Part shown: positions 16,129 through 39,622 of the stretch, piece by piece
Position numbering within the stretch: position 1 is the first letter of the stretch
Layout of the letters: every line of letters begins with the position of its first letter
Assembly: GCF_009914755.1 (NCBI RefSeq)
Contig: NC_060934.1
Reading direction: 5' to 3' (one strand)
Origin: the human T2T-CHM13v2.0 reference genome, Homo sapiens
Length of the DNA: 64,000 bases
Notes under the pieces: model-generated
Database searches by the model: none
What the model was told of the DNA's origin: nothing
The model's input: the letters and a program-made list of their open reading frames with translations, nothing else
Translations under genes and position numbers: made by a program

Positions 16129-16280
16129 CTGCAGCAGCCTCAGTTATGTTTTTGACAACTATAGCAACCAACTACCTCTCGCGAGAACTTACTTTTGGCC
16201 ATCGCACGAGCAAGTTTATTCCAAGACTCGCGATAACCCTCTGGGGCCGGGAGCAGGGAGCGAGACGCTGAGCTTCTGCG
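16129..16280 (-). other. CFAP70: CFAP70 non-coding exon 1 (5' end approximate)
   Basis: Strong donor CAG|gtaaga at 16129/16128 inside the CpG-rich segment; the TSS cannot be fixed from sequence alone. Confidence 0.7.
16177..16186. promoter_or_regulatory. TCTCGCGAGA palindrome (CGCG element / BANP motif)
   Basis: Exact 10-mer in the CpG-rich promoter; near-match ACTCGCGATA at 16226-16235. Confidence 0.75.
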
Positions 16281-16659
16281 CCTGCGCCCTAGCGCCGGCT
16301 GCAGCCTCCTCACTTCGAGAGCCTGCTGTTTCCGCGGATGCTTTACCTTGCCAAGAGTTGGGTTTAAGTGCATAGGTTTCCACCTTTACATTTTGCTTTC
16401 TCGACTCTTTGATTTCAATATTTCTCTATAATAGGAGGGAAAAAAGCAAAAGGAAGTTTAAAGAAAAAGGCCTTTATTAAACTGATTTGAAAACATCATT
16501 TAAATATTTCTCCGTGAAATATGCAATATTTTTTAAATGAGCCCGTCACGCCCTGTTGATGAGAGTGCAAAATGACCCTGCTTCTAGGTGCTCAATATTT
16601 GTACAATAAACAGACCTGAAGTTTATGATGTTAATACAAATTTTTAATATTCAAAATTT

Positions 16660-17935
16660 AACATTAAAGAGCTAGAATAGCAAAACACAATAGCAATAAC
16701 CTGGAAACAACCCAAGTGCCCGTCGAAGGAATAGTGGATGAGTGGACCAATAAACTGTGGCATATTCACAAAATGGCATATTACAAGCAGTCAAAGTTAA
16801 TGAACTGCAGCCATACACACAACACGGATGAATTTTAGCAGTATATATACTTTAAATTGTTGCAGTGTTAAGAGCCAGCTTGAAGGGACTCCCATGGGCC
16901 AAATAAGGGACAATTTGAGCATGAAGTAAACAACGACGATAACGGATTACAACCCATTGAATAAAATAGGAATATGCAAGTCCGTGTTGATACAGAGAAA
17001 AAGGAAAACTCTTTCAAAGTAGGATGCCAACCCAGAAGTGTAGCGAGAAGGATGGAAATAGAGAACTACCATTTGACAACTACTGAGGAGGATGACTCAG
17101 GCAGGAGTCTTCAATGGACGCTAAGGCTGGTGGGTAGATGTTCTATGAGGCATAGAATACTGGCGTGATTTTGGAATGCTTCCATGGAATACTACTTGAT
17201 TACAGAGGGGGAAACAGTGAATGGACGCAACCAACATGATCAGGTGATCATGGTTAACATCACCAGTGTTGGGAGGAGTCTACATTGTGAGCCTCCTGGT
17301 GAAACACACTAAAAAAAAACACACACACACACACAAAGCATCCTTTTTGGTTTTCCTACCATGAAAGGAACTCAGGTTGTAGACCATCCAAGGACAAGAA
17401 AGACTGGGAACTGTCTCTGACTGAGGTTATATGACAACTAAATTCAATATGTATCTCTGTATAGCATTCTGGACCAGAAAGGAAAACAACATTGTTAGGA
17501 CGGTGGGAAAAATGTGAATTAGCTCTGTGAATCGCATACCACCCCGAACATGCCCGATCTCATCTGAATTGGATGGTAGTGTTGTACCAATATTGATTTC
17601 CTGATGTGGAAGTTTGTTTGTTGTTAGGTAGGAGAGTGTCCCTGTTTAGGGGAAAATAAACACTAGTGTGTTTAGGAGTGATGAGACACCATCTCTTCAA
17701 TTTGCTCTCTTGACTTTCAAAAGGTCCAGAAAAAGACTAACAAGGGATACATACACATGTACACACACATATGCACATGCATGCACACCTGCACACATAC
17801 ACACACAGTGAGCAATGGAACAAGTGCAATAAAGTGTTAACTATTTGGGAATCTGAGTGCAGGGGACATGGGACTTCCTTACACGATTTGGGCAACTTTT
17901 CTATACATTCGAGATCATTTCAAAACAATTAAAAT
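16660..17935 (+). mobile_element. Ancient L1MC/ME-like 3' fragment upstream of CFAP70
   Basis: Degenerate L1M 3' text (ctggaaacaacccaagtgccc, taaactgtggcatattcac, tatgacaactaaatt). Confidence 0.6.
17535..17567 (+). pseudogene. 33-nt 5S rRNA fragment (tailless retro-insert)
   Basis: cataccaccccgaacatgcccgatctcatctga vs 5S CATACCACCCTGAACGCGCCCGATCTCGTCTGA (about nt 10-42); four transitions. Confidence 0.8.
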
Positions 17936-18411
17936 ATATACACACGCATAACCACTCTCCCTGGGAAGCCCTTTGCTTAGGAAATAGTTACCAGAGTCAA
18001 ATTTTAAAATTTTTATTTATATGAATAAAGAAACATTATAAATATTGAGAAATATTTTTTGAAAGTTGCAGTGTTACAGGTAATAAAGGTTCTCAAAATA
18101 AAACTACTGTGGCACTACTGAGTAAGGATTTCTCTCTGGATTTTTTTTCCCAAGTGAGAGTTTTGGGTGAATTTGCACTGAGACAGCTATCCCACTTGCA
18201 AATGACAGACTCTTTCTACATAATAAGCTGGGTTAGGCCAAGTCTTTAATAGGGAGCTGTTCTTCCAGAAATCGCTCATGATCTTGGTCTACTTAGTACT
18301 TTGCTTCAAGGTCTTAGGCAAGCAAGGATAAATAACAGATGTCACCTCCTTAAACATAATTAATCTCCATTCAACTTTAGGGTACCTGAGAGCAAGGGCT
18401 GTATGTTACAA

Positions 18412-18833
18412 TTTTCTTTTTTTTTTTTTTTAAGATGGAGTCTCACTCTGTAGCCCAGGCTGGAGTGCCGTGGCGCAATCTGGGTTCACTGCAACCTCCA
18501 CCTCCTGTGGTCAAGTGATTCTTGTGCCTCAGCCACTGGAGTAGATGTGATTACAGGCACCCATCACCACGCCCGGCTAATTTTTGTATTTTTAGTAGAG
18601 ACAGGGCCATGTTGGCCAGGCTGGTCTTGAACTCCTAACCTCAGGTGATCCACCTGTCTCAGCCGCCTAAAGTGCTGGGATTACAGGCATGAACCACCAT
18701 GCCCGGCCTTTTTTTTTTTTTTTTTTTCTTTATTGAGACAGTCTTGCTCTGGAGTTCAGTGGCATGATATGATCTCGGCTCACTGCAACCTCTGCCTCCC
18801 GGGTTCAAGTGACCCTCCCACCTCAGCCTCCCG
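18412..18833 (-). mobile_element. Alu plus adjacent partial Alu
   Basis: Minus-strand Alu consensus. Confidence 0.85.
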
Positions 18834-19199
18834 TGTGTGTGTGTGTTACAGTTCTTTTATTCTCCTACAGTGCTTAGCAGTGGCCACTCTGTTTGAAAGG
18901 CATTCTTTTTGACTGATTTAAAACATCCACTTGTGTATGGAAAAAGCCCTCTTTAGTGGTATGGAAAATATAATAGTACTGGAATCATAATAAAATCATC
19001 TACATATGCAAACCAATTTCAGGGAAAAAAACTATAAAAATATCTTTCTAATAAAATTTGAATGCCTTAGTCTGAGTTTCAAAGGCCTCCATTAAATGAT
19101 GCACTAGCTCAACAAATTCCTTTCTCATTACTCCAAAAGACTTGTTTCTAATTAGCTAATTTGTTACTTCCAAAGTCAACATATTTCTGACAATAATAC

Positions 19200-19715
19200 A
19201 ATCAAATGTATTGCTCATCCCCAAATTGATCTACAGATTGAAAGCAATCACTATGAAAACCCCAACTGTTTTTTTTTTCTTTCAGAAATTAACAAGCTGA
19301 TCTTAAAATTCATATGGAAATGCAAGGGACCCAGAGTAGCCAAAACAATCCTGAAACAGAAGAACAGTTGGAAAACTCACACTTCCCAATTTCAAAACTT
19401 TCTACAAAGCTGCAGTAATCAAGTAACGAAGACAGTAATAAAGACATAAAGATAGCCATATAGATCAAAATAATCAATTGAATTGAGAGTTCAGAAATAA
19501 ACTCTTACATTTACGGTCAACTGATTTTTAACAAGAGTGCCAAGATGATCTACTGGGATGTGGGAGGGAGGGGGTAATATAGTCTTTTAAACAAATGGTA
19601 CAAGGAAAAACAATGTCCACATGCAAAGAATGAAGTTGGACCCTTACCTCACACCATATACAAAAAATAACTCAAAATGGACCAAAGACCTAAATGTAAG
19701 AACTAAAACTATAAA
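19200..19715 (+). mobile_element. Old L1M (L1MB-like) ORF2 fragment; host element continuing at about 23670-24031 and 24635-26420
   Basis: Degenerate ORF2 ([12 protein letters not shown]...WTKDLNVR); colinear continuation after the inserts; L1MB-type 3' end near 25730-26420. Confidence 0.75.
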
Positions 19716-23647
<3,932 letters not shown>

Positions 23648-24031
23648 AAAATGTTTTAAGTCTTGAAGAAAAAATAATTTAAAAATTTTGTACATCAAAA
23701 GACACCATCAAGAAAACAAAAGCCAACCTATGAAATGGGAGAAAGTATTTTGTGAATTGTGTATCAGGTAAGAGTCTACTATCCAAAATATATAAACAAC
23801 TTTTACAACTCAACAGAAATACAAATTACCCAAATTAAAAATGGGCAAAGTATTCGAACACATATTTTTTAAAGAAGATATGCAAATAATCAATAAGCAC
23901 AAAAAATAGGCTCATTAGTCACAAGGGAAATGAAATGAAAACCACAATCAGATGCCACTTCATATCCACCAGCATGGCTATAGTGAAAAACACAGACAAT
24001 GACAGTAAGTGTTGGCGAGGATGAGAAAAAT

Positions 24032-24634
24032 TATCAACCAGGTTTGTTCTGCCCGTGCTGGGTAAACCAATCACTGTGATGGCACATTTTGCAAAAGAGA
24101 AAAGATTTATCCACAAGGCAGCCCAGCAAGGGGGCAGGTAAATAGCTCTCATATCTGCCTCCCGAAAATAAGGCATAGAGATGTTTATGGGTTAGAGAAG
24201 CAGGGTGGTCTAAGGCATGGGGAAAGGTGATTGGCAGTGGGGGAAAATGAATCATCCACTGATCTGCGCAAGTGTAGTCAGGATTCATGGCACTTCATAG
24301 GATGACTGTTCAGAAAATGGTGACATTAGCATCATTTGAGGGTGGAGTGTTTAGCCTGTGATGTCAAAAGGCTACCTCTTGGGCATTTGCTCAGGCCTGG
24401 TTGAAGGGTCAGTGGTCACAACCAGTTTGAACAGGAGAGGAGCTGCCCCAAGTTCCTGAAAACCAACTTAAGTGACCGTTACCATGGTGACATATGTTAT
24501 CTATAGATTATACAGGAAGCCAGCAAAGGTTAAATGCTGTGGTCTTCAGCTACATAGAAAAAAACAAAATGCAAATGACCAAATTGCAGGGCAGGCTGTT
24601 TTGTGGATCTAATCAGATTAACCCCCCAGTTTCA
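24032..24634 (-). mobile_element. Solo ERV1-class LTR (about 600 bp; subfamily uncertain, LTR8/LTR26-like)
   Basis: Interrupts L1 ORF2 colinearity; minus strand starts TGAAACTG; imperfect 4-bp TSD aaat/aaac. Confidence 0.65.
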
Positions 24635-24716
24635 AAACTTTATTGCTGATGGGATTATAATATTGTACAGCCACCTGAGTAAACAGTTTGGCAGATCCTC
24701 AAAAAGTTAAACATAG

Positions 24717-26350
<1,634 letters not shown>

Positions 26351-27249
26351 ACAGCTGAATTGTACACTTTAAAAGGGTGAATTGTATATATGAATTATAG
26401 CTCGTATTTTTAAAAGTTTAAAAATATGTTGCTTGGGAAAGGACTCTGGGAAGATGGCAGACAGAGTAGGAAGCACCAGAAATCTGCCTCCCCACCCAGG
26501 CTGTCTGAGGTAACTATTTTGGAATTCTGGAGTCTATTGAAGGTTTGCAACTTCCAGAGGAAAACTTGGATGGCAATTTGGACTTTTTCAATTTTCGCTC
26601 TTAGCACAGTAGTAGCTACCCATCCTGTGGGAGGCGAGTGTGCATTTGTTCCTGTAGGAGCCTGCACATAGCCTGTGGGAGCCAGGATAGGCAAAAAAAG
26701 TATCCTATCCTCCAAATATGAGATATCTGTGCTGATTACTGAACACTGCTTCTGATCACAGGGGTATAGACAAAGAAGCAGGGGCCATTGTTGCATCTCC
26801 CCCAATTGTTGCAAGTCTCTCCCTCTCCAGGTGAAGTGACGTCCAGGGGACTGAAAGGTCTGGTACGTGTGTCTTTATCCCAACCCTTCATTTTTCTCTT
26901 TTTCTCCCTTTGGGGGGCAGACATTAAAGACAAGGACATTCAAAAGCAACTACATATATGGGGAAAATTAGAAAGTGGCCACCCACACCCAGAGAAAGGC
27001 ACAGGCTCAAAAAGACCTGAGAAGACCTTAAGTTTATACCTCAGTATGGTCCTTGGCCCAGAGACAGCCTACAACAATTAAAAAACAAAAACAAAAAACA
27101 ATAAACAAATACAGTAACAAAAAATAGCAAACCCTGGGGAAAGGGGAGAATCCAATTTCCAGAGTTACCACATTATCAAACCCAAATGTATAATTTTCAA
27201 TGAAAAAAATCACAAGGCATACAAAGAAACAGGAAACTATCCCCAATCA

Positions 27250-28788
<1,539 letters not shown>

Positions 28789-29692
28789 TTTAATCAAACT
28801 TTCTAAATCCAAAGAGAGAATCCTGAAATCAGCAAGAGAGAAGTGATTTGCCACATACAAGATATTTTTAATAAGATTATCAGCAGATTTCTCATCAGAA
28901 AGAATTGGATGATATAGTTAAAGTGCTAAAAAAAAAATTGTCGACCCAAGAATCCTATATCTGGCAAAACTGTCCTTAAAAAGTGAGGAAGAAATTTAGA
29001 CATTCCTAGATAAAAGCTGGGAAAGTTCATTACCACTAGACCTGCCCTACAAGAAATGCTCAAAGAAGTCCTAGTCCTGCAGGATGAAATGAAAGGAGAC
29101 TAGACAGTAACTTGAAGCCACATGAAGAAATAAAGATCTCAATAAAGGGTAAATACATGGGCAATTATAAAAGCTAATGTTATTGTAATAATAGTCTGTG
29201 ACGATACTTTTGGTTTTCTACATGATTTGAGATGAACACATTAAAAAAAACTAAACACTAGCATAACTGTAATTTTGGTTTGTAACTCCAAATTTTGTAT
29301 TCTACGTAATTTAAGAAACTAATGTATTTAAAAGAATTAGTTTATGTTTTGGGTCACACAATGTAAAAAGATGTAATTTTGTGACATCAACCAAAAGGGG
29401 TGAGGACACAGCTGTTAGAAGAGTTTGTATATGTCACTGAAGCTGGCATAAATTTAGTGTTATAACTTTAGGATGTTAAATGTTATCCCCATGGTAACCA
29501 CAGAGAAAATAGCTATAGAATATACACAAAACAAAGGGAAATGAATTTAAATGTTTCACTACAAAACAACTAAACACAAAAGACAGTAATGCAGGAAATG
29601 AGGGACAAAAAAGCAGTAAGCCATATGGAGAACAAATAGCAATACAACAGAAGTTCTTATCAGTAATTACTTTAAATGTAAATAGATTACAT

Positions 29693-30961
<1,269 letters not shown>

Positions 30962-31203
30962 TTATGCTGTCTACCAAACACTCACATTTGATCCAAAGAC
31001 ACAAACAGATTAAAAGTTAAAAGATGGAAAAAGATACTCCATGCAAACAGTAACCAAAAGAGAGCAGGGGAGGCTACAGTAATATCAGACGAGATAGACT
31101 TTAAATCAAAAAAGGTTATAGGGGCCGGGCATGGTGGCTCAGGCCTGTAATCCCAGCACTTTGGGAAGCTGAGGCGGGCAGATCACCTGAGGTCAGGAGT
31201 TCA

Positions 31204-31449
<246 letters not shown>

Positions 31450-31769
31450 ACAGGGGACAAAGAACATTATATAATAAAAAATCCAATACTGCAAGAAGAT
31501 ATGACAATTATGAACATCTACACACCTAATAACAGACCACCTAAATATATGAAGCAAAAACTGATAGAATTAAAGGGAGAAACAGTTTTACAACAGTAAC
31601 TGGGGACTTCAATACCCCATTCTCAATAATGGATAGAAGAATCAGATGTAAGGAAAAAGAGGACTTAAATAGAACAATAAACTAGATCTAATGGACACAT
31701 ACGGAACACTCTATACCTAACAATGGCAGCATATACATTCTTCTCAAGTACACATGGAATTTTCACCTA

Positions 31770-32900
<1,131 letters not shown>

Positions 32901-33213
32901 GAAAACAACTGCGAAAAAAAAGTAGGCTATGTATCTTAAGCATATAAACATTTGACCCTTTCTTAAAAGGTGCCACAGGTAATACTAATCTATTTTCTAT
33001 GTGGAAAGTGTTTATGAATACAGAACCAATTTAGGCAAAATGAGATGCAAATTATTCTAGATGTAAAGGTTGAATTTTTTTTTAAAGTACACAGTTTTAA
33101 CATACTATCCACTCTATCAAGCAGACTTAGAGGGATTCCGGAAGGCAGAGCTTTCAGTAACCTTCTAAAAAATTATTCAATATTATTACACAGAATCAGA
33201 GATTGCTGTGATT

Positions 33214-33219
33214 TTTATT
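33214..33219 (-). terminator. ANXA7 proximal polyadenylation signal AATAAA
   Basis: tttatt on the plus strand about 290 nt after the stop. Confidence 0.75.
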
Positions 33220-33509
33220 CAATTTGACATCTTGATTAGAATGAAACTAGTAAGAATGAAGGTTTACAAACATTGCAATATTACTGTATCATTGTGATAT
33301 GGCTTTACATTGATTGTATGTAGAGAACAAAATAAAATTAGAATTAAGGCAATAACAACATGTGCAAACCAAGCACATTACCCTGATACGGTCCTTGACA
33401 GAAAGCTCTTTCGGTTAGCTGATGTTTGATATTGCTGCATGCAGGTCATTGCTCTGAAGGATAAGCTATGAATAGAAATTTTTTTTCATTAAAAAAAAAA
33501 AAATCCCTC

Positions 33510-33632
33510 CTACTGGCCCACAATAGCCAGAAGAAGTCTTCGGTAATCTCCACTCGTGTCACCTGCAATCATTGTGCCCAGAGTCTTCTGATACATCTGA
33601 GCGAACATCTGTTTTATTTGTACAAGGTCAAT
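33510..33632 (-). CDS. ANXA7: ANXA7 last coding exon (IDLVQIKQ...LLLAIVGQ*)
   Basis: atgcag|ATT; TAG stop at 33510-33512; the 13 coding exons sum to 1467 nt. Confidence 0.97.
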   Translation of the reverse strand: MDLVQIKQMFAQMYQKTLGTMIAGDTSGDYRRLLLAIVGQ

Positions 33633-33894
33633 CTGCATAAGAAATAATATTTCTGTCAGAAAAACATCTGTGACAACTGACATTTCTTAAAATTCTTTTT
33701 AAATAATAAGATCTTAATAATAATCAAAACTTGGGGGGGAAAACACCAAGTGACTGACATTTTATGGCTGGCACTCATACCAATGCTAGCACTACCCAAT
33801 GAAGGTCTGATTCACAGCTCTGTAAAATACTTGGTCAGGGTAGTACTAGTTTCATCTATTATTCCAAAGATATTAGTCATTTAAAAACATTTGA

Positions 33895-34592
33895 TAGGAT
33901 GGCTATTATCAAAACCAAAAAAATAGTAAGTATTGGCAAGGATGCCATGAAATGGGAACACTTGTACACAGGTTGATGGAAAAGTAAAAGGGTGCAGCTG
34001 CTGTGGAAACTAATATGGTTAATTCCTCAAAGCAAAACAAAAACACTTCCAAAGAATTACAATATGACCTAGAAATTCCACTTCTGGGTATATTCAAAAT
34101 AAGTGAAAGTAGACTTGAACAGATATTTGTACATCCATGTTCATAGCAGCATTATTCAGGCAGAAACAAACCAAGTGTCACAGATGAATTAAAAAAAAAA
34201 CCAAAAGGTGGGATACACGTACAATAGACTATTTAATTACTCAGTCTCAAAAGGAAGGAAATTCTGACATGCTATAACATGAATAAACCTTGAGGACGCT
34301 ATGCTAAGTAAAAGACAACACTCACAAAAAGACAAATATTGTATGATTCCACCAATATGACGTACCTAGAGTAGTCAAACACAGGCACAGAAAGTCACAT
34401 GGTTTGTTGCCAGCAGTTGGGAGAAAGGAGAATGGGGAGTTACTGTTTAAGGAGTATGGATTTTCAGTTTTGCAAGTTGAAAAAACATCTGAAGGTGAAT
34501 GGTAATGATGGTTGCATAACAATGTGAATGTACTTACTGCTACTTAAAAATGGTAAATTTTTATGTTATGTATATTTTATCACAACTTAAAA
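33895..34592 (+). mobile_element. L1MB-like 3' end fragment in the last ANXA7 intron
   Basis: Typical L1M 3' text (attgtatgattccac, aatggggagttactgtttaa, aatgtgaatgtactta). Confidence 0.75.
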
Positions 34593-34702
34593 CATCCTGC
34601 TTTGAAAATTTAAGTTAAAGAACAAAGTTTTTTTCAAAATACCATATTCTGGTTGTTTTCTTTAAAAATAATCTACCTTCTTTAGTATAATTTAGGGTTT
34701 TT

Positions 34703-35921
<1,219 letters not shown>

Positions 35922-36325
35922 TTAAAAATTGTTTTATTATTAATAAAGGATGCTAAATTTAAATAATGTTGATATCCACTAGGATTAATCTACATAGGCC
36001 TTTCATCTAATTTTTATATAAGCAAAATGAAAATCGAAAGACAAATGTCTAACTTCCCATAAATTTGTATTCTCCATTGACGTTCTCAAGTTGTAAAATC
36101 TGTTAGTATTATCTTCATTAGGGTAGAGTGGCCTATTTCACTAATGCAAGCTTCTCCCACAGCATGAGGAAAGTGAATTTTCTGTTCTTTATACCACCTC
36201 TTTTAGGTGGCAAAGAGAGCTCTTTCTTATCATTTTTGAGGGACTGACAACCAACTGGGGAACTTTTAAGAAATCAACATTGAACATCAAGTAAGACCCG
36301 ACAAAAAGAGAGAGGCCTGCCTCAC

Positions 36326-36438
36326 CTCACTTCGAGTGACCACAATCCGGACCAGGGTGGAGTCATCTGTGCCAGCACCTTTCATAGCATAGTAGAGCCT
36401 CTCAGCAAAGAAGGCAGGGCGGTTCAGGGCACACTGCA
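36326..36438 (-). CDS. ANXA7: ANXA7 exon 13 ((L)[10 protein letters not shown]...VVTRSE)
   Basis: cttgcag|TG ... GAG|gtgagg; 113 nt. Confidence 0.97.
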
Positions 36439-37293
36439 CTGCAAGTTAGAGATGGTTGAGACATGGAATCATGATCTCACAAGAAGTGTACCCCTCCAGC
36501 TTCATTTATCACTTATAGCCTGCCTTTGATTATTTTCTCTGTAATCATCACAGAAACATGGGGTGAGTTAAGAGTGTTCAGATGCTCTCCTTGATTTTTT
36601 TTGAGACAGGTTCTCACTCTGTCATCCAGCCTAGAGTGCAGTGGTGCAATCATGGCTGACTGTAGCCTCCCAGACTCAGGTGATCCTCCCACCTCAGCCT
36701 TCTGAGTAGCTGGGACTACAAGTGTGAGCTACTGCCCCTGGCCCAACATTCCATTGTTAATACCAAAGTGTTACTAATACTCCCCTTAGTCCTAATATCC
36801 ATGAGAATGAAACTTTCACTTTGTTAGACATCTGTGTATTAGACCACCAGAAACTGGTTAACTTCAAAAAGGAAATGAGTCTCACTGGGCTGAGTACCTG
36901 AAATATCTGTTTTGAGGACTCAAACTGCTTCGTGGTGACACTGTGAGTTCCTCAGGACTTTCCCTTTCTCTTTAAAGGAAGTGCTACAACTATCAGGTAT
37001 TCTGGCACAGTTATCAAGACAGGCCTACAGATGAAGGCCAAATAATCCCCAAACAGCCCTGTTTGATCACAGAACTACCATTCATAGGAAATTGTATGTA
37101 AAAACACAGGACTGTTTCTGGGGGCTTATCCAATAAAGAAAACAAACAACAAAAAACAAACCCCAAAGGATTAGATCAGCTACTGCCTAAGCAGATTCCA
37201 CGTGGACTATATTATCAACATTTAATGGGAACAACTATTCAAAGCTCCCACTCATTTAAAAAGAAAATAAAGCAAAGCACAAAAATATCTTAC

Positions 37294-37369
37294 AGATGGT
37301 CTTCAAACCACTTTCTACATATCCGGAAAACTCACGGCTCACACTGCTTAACAAGTCTCGATTAGCCAT
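37294..37369 (-). CDS. ANXA7: ANXA7 exon 12 (MANRDLL...GLKTI(L))
   Basis: ttgcag|ATG ... ATCT|gtaaga; 76 nt; preceded by a 76-nt intron. Confidence 0.97.
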
Positions 37370-37445
37370 CTGCAAACAAAATTAAAGGGTTAAATATTTT
37401 TGTATCTTACAGCAGAAGCCAAATCTTCAAAAGAAAAGCTCATAC

Positions 37446-37616
37446 CCTAGAATAAGCCTCCATGGTAGCTCTCAGCTGAGGAAAGCTTCTTGTGGCAAGG
37501 ATCATGTTAAAGCAAGATTCATCGGTCCCTAGTCTCCCCTCACCAGCTTGATAGAGACGCTGAGCATCTTCCTGAGCCATTTGGTGGTTTATACTCTGGT
37601 TCTCATCACGATTTCC
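37446..37616 (-). CDS. ANXA7: ANXA7 exon 11 (GNRDENQS...MEAYSR)
   Basis: ttttgcag|GGA ... AGG|gtatga; 171 nt. Confidence 0.97.
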
Positions 37617-39221
37617 CTGCAAAAGAGAAAGGCAGGAATTGGAAGAAATAAATAATAGTTCTACTAAATTTTTTTTTTCCAATCTAGTTCACTTTTGGAT
37701 TTAAAGAGACTATTTCTTTTTTTTTTGAGATAGGGTCTTGCTCTGTCACTCAGGCTGGAGTGCAGTATCAACCTCCTAGGCTCAAGTGATCCTTCCACCT
37801 CAGCCTCCCAGATAGCTGGGACTACAGGCACAAACGACCATGCCTGGTTAATTTTTTTATTTTTTGTAGAGACAGCATGTCTCACTATGTTGCCCAGGTG
37901 CTGGTCTCTAACTCCTGGGCTTAAGTGATCCTCCTGCCTTAGCCTCCTAAAGTGCTGGGATTATAGATGTAAGCCACTGGGCCTGGCCTAAAGAGATAAT
38001 TTATTAAAGATTAATCCATAATGTCTGTCATGCATATGCTTCATTTCTATGCATGGAAATATAACTAGTAATTTATTATACTGTCAACTGGATTTTATAA
38101 TATAAGATCACGGTTTAATGAGGTTATGTTAAAAATGAGGGCTTTTGGGAGCTAAATTAAACCCAAAATGTTTAAACAAAAATATCTCTACTAGGAGATA
38201 TTAACTACCACTCAAATGAAGAAACAGCTCTCTTAGCTGGAATTTAAGATCAATATGCACTGTACTGAGTTCTACTTTTTATTCATTCATGCGACTAAGA
38301 GACATTAAGCACTTTCTTTGTGTCAGGCACTGTGTTAAGCGGTAGGGACACAGGAGAGACAGGGTCTCTGCCCTCAAGAAATTTAACTCTAGGGCAGGAG
38401 GGAGGGAGGATATAATATGGAGGCTTCATAAACTTTCTTTTCTTCATCTGAGTATAATATTTTTTTTTAAGAGACACGATTTCACTATGTTGCCCAGGCT
38501 GGGGTGCAATGGCTATTTGCAGACATGATCATAGCCTCAAACTCCTGGGTTCAAGTGATCCTCCTACCTCAGCCTCCAGAGTAGCTGGGACTATAAGCTC
38601 ACACCACCACACTCAGCCATCGAATTATAATCTTAATATGTAAGTATTTACCATAAATACACGCATAAAAATGACACATAAGCTTTACAGAAGCAGCTAC
38701 AAATAACTCATGTTCTGTTAGACTGTGCCTATTTGTATACCACACTCTTCCCTGGAATAGGAAGAAAGGAAGGAGGAAGGAAGAGTTTAAGCTTAATGAG
38801 CAGTTGGTTTCTCTCAAAAACAGAAAGACAAACCCAAACAAGAAAAGGCTGCCTTTTAGAGTCTCAGGGACCATCTTTGGAATAAGATGGAAAAATCCTC
38901 CTTGAAGCTGAAGAACTGTCTTCTGAGCAACTGGCACAAGGAATACGTAGAGGCACATTCTACATGGGCGACTGAATATAACACAGGAAAAGGTACTCAC
39001 AAAAAATTTCCCAGATTATTGCCTTTGGATTCACACACACTTTCTCAGGAAGTTACTCCTCTACTCATGCCCTGGAAAAGGTAGGGCTGGGCCTTGAACT
39101 CTGCATAAAGAGAGACTCAGCACCTCATGTAAAATCTTAATAGCCATTTTTTAGCATTGTCTGTTTTCCTTCTTGTTTCTTTTAAATCCTAACCTACTGC
39201 CCTCCTGTTACTCTGATTTAG

Positions 39222-39622
<401 letters not shown>

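Larger units (their letters stand above)
15660..16340. promoter_or_regulatory. CpG-rich promoter region of CFAP70
   Basis: Only non-repeat CpG-dense, GC-rich stretch in the window; overlaps the exon 1 donor. Confidence 0.85.

Noticed and set aside
15725-16375. 148-aa and 98-aa ORFs across the CFAP70 promoter
   Set aside because: Expected in GC-rich DNA, no recognisable domain; the 148-aa frame crosses the exon 1 donor
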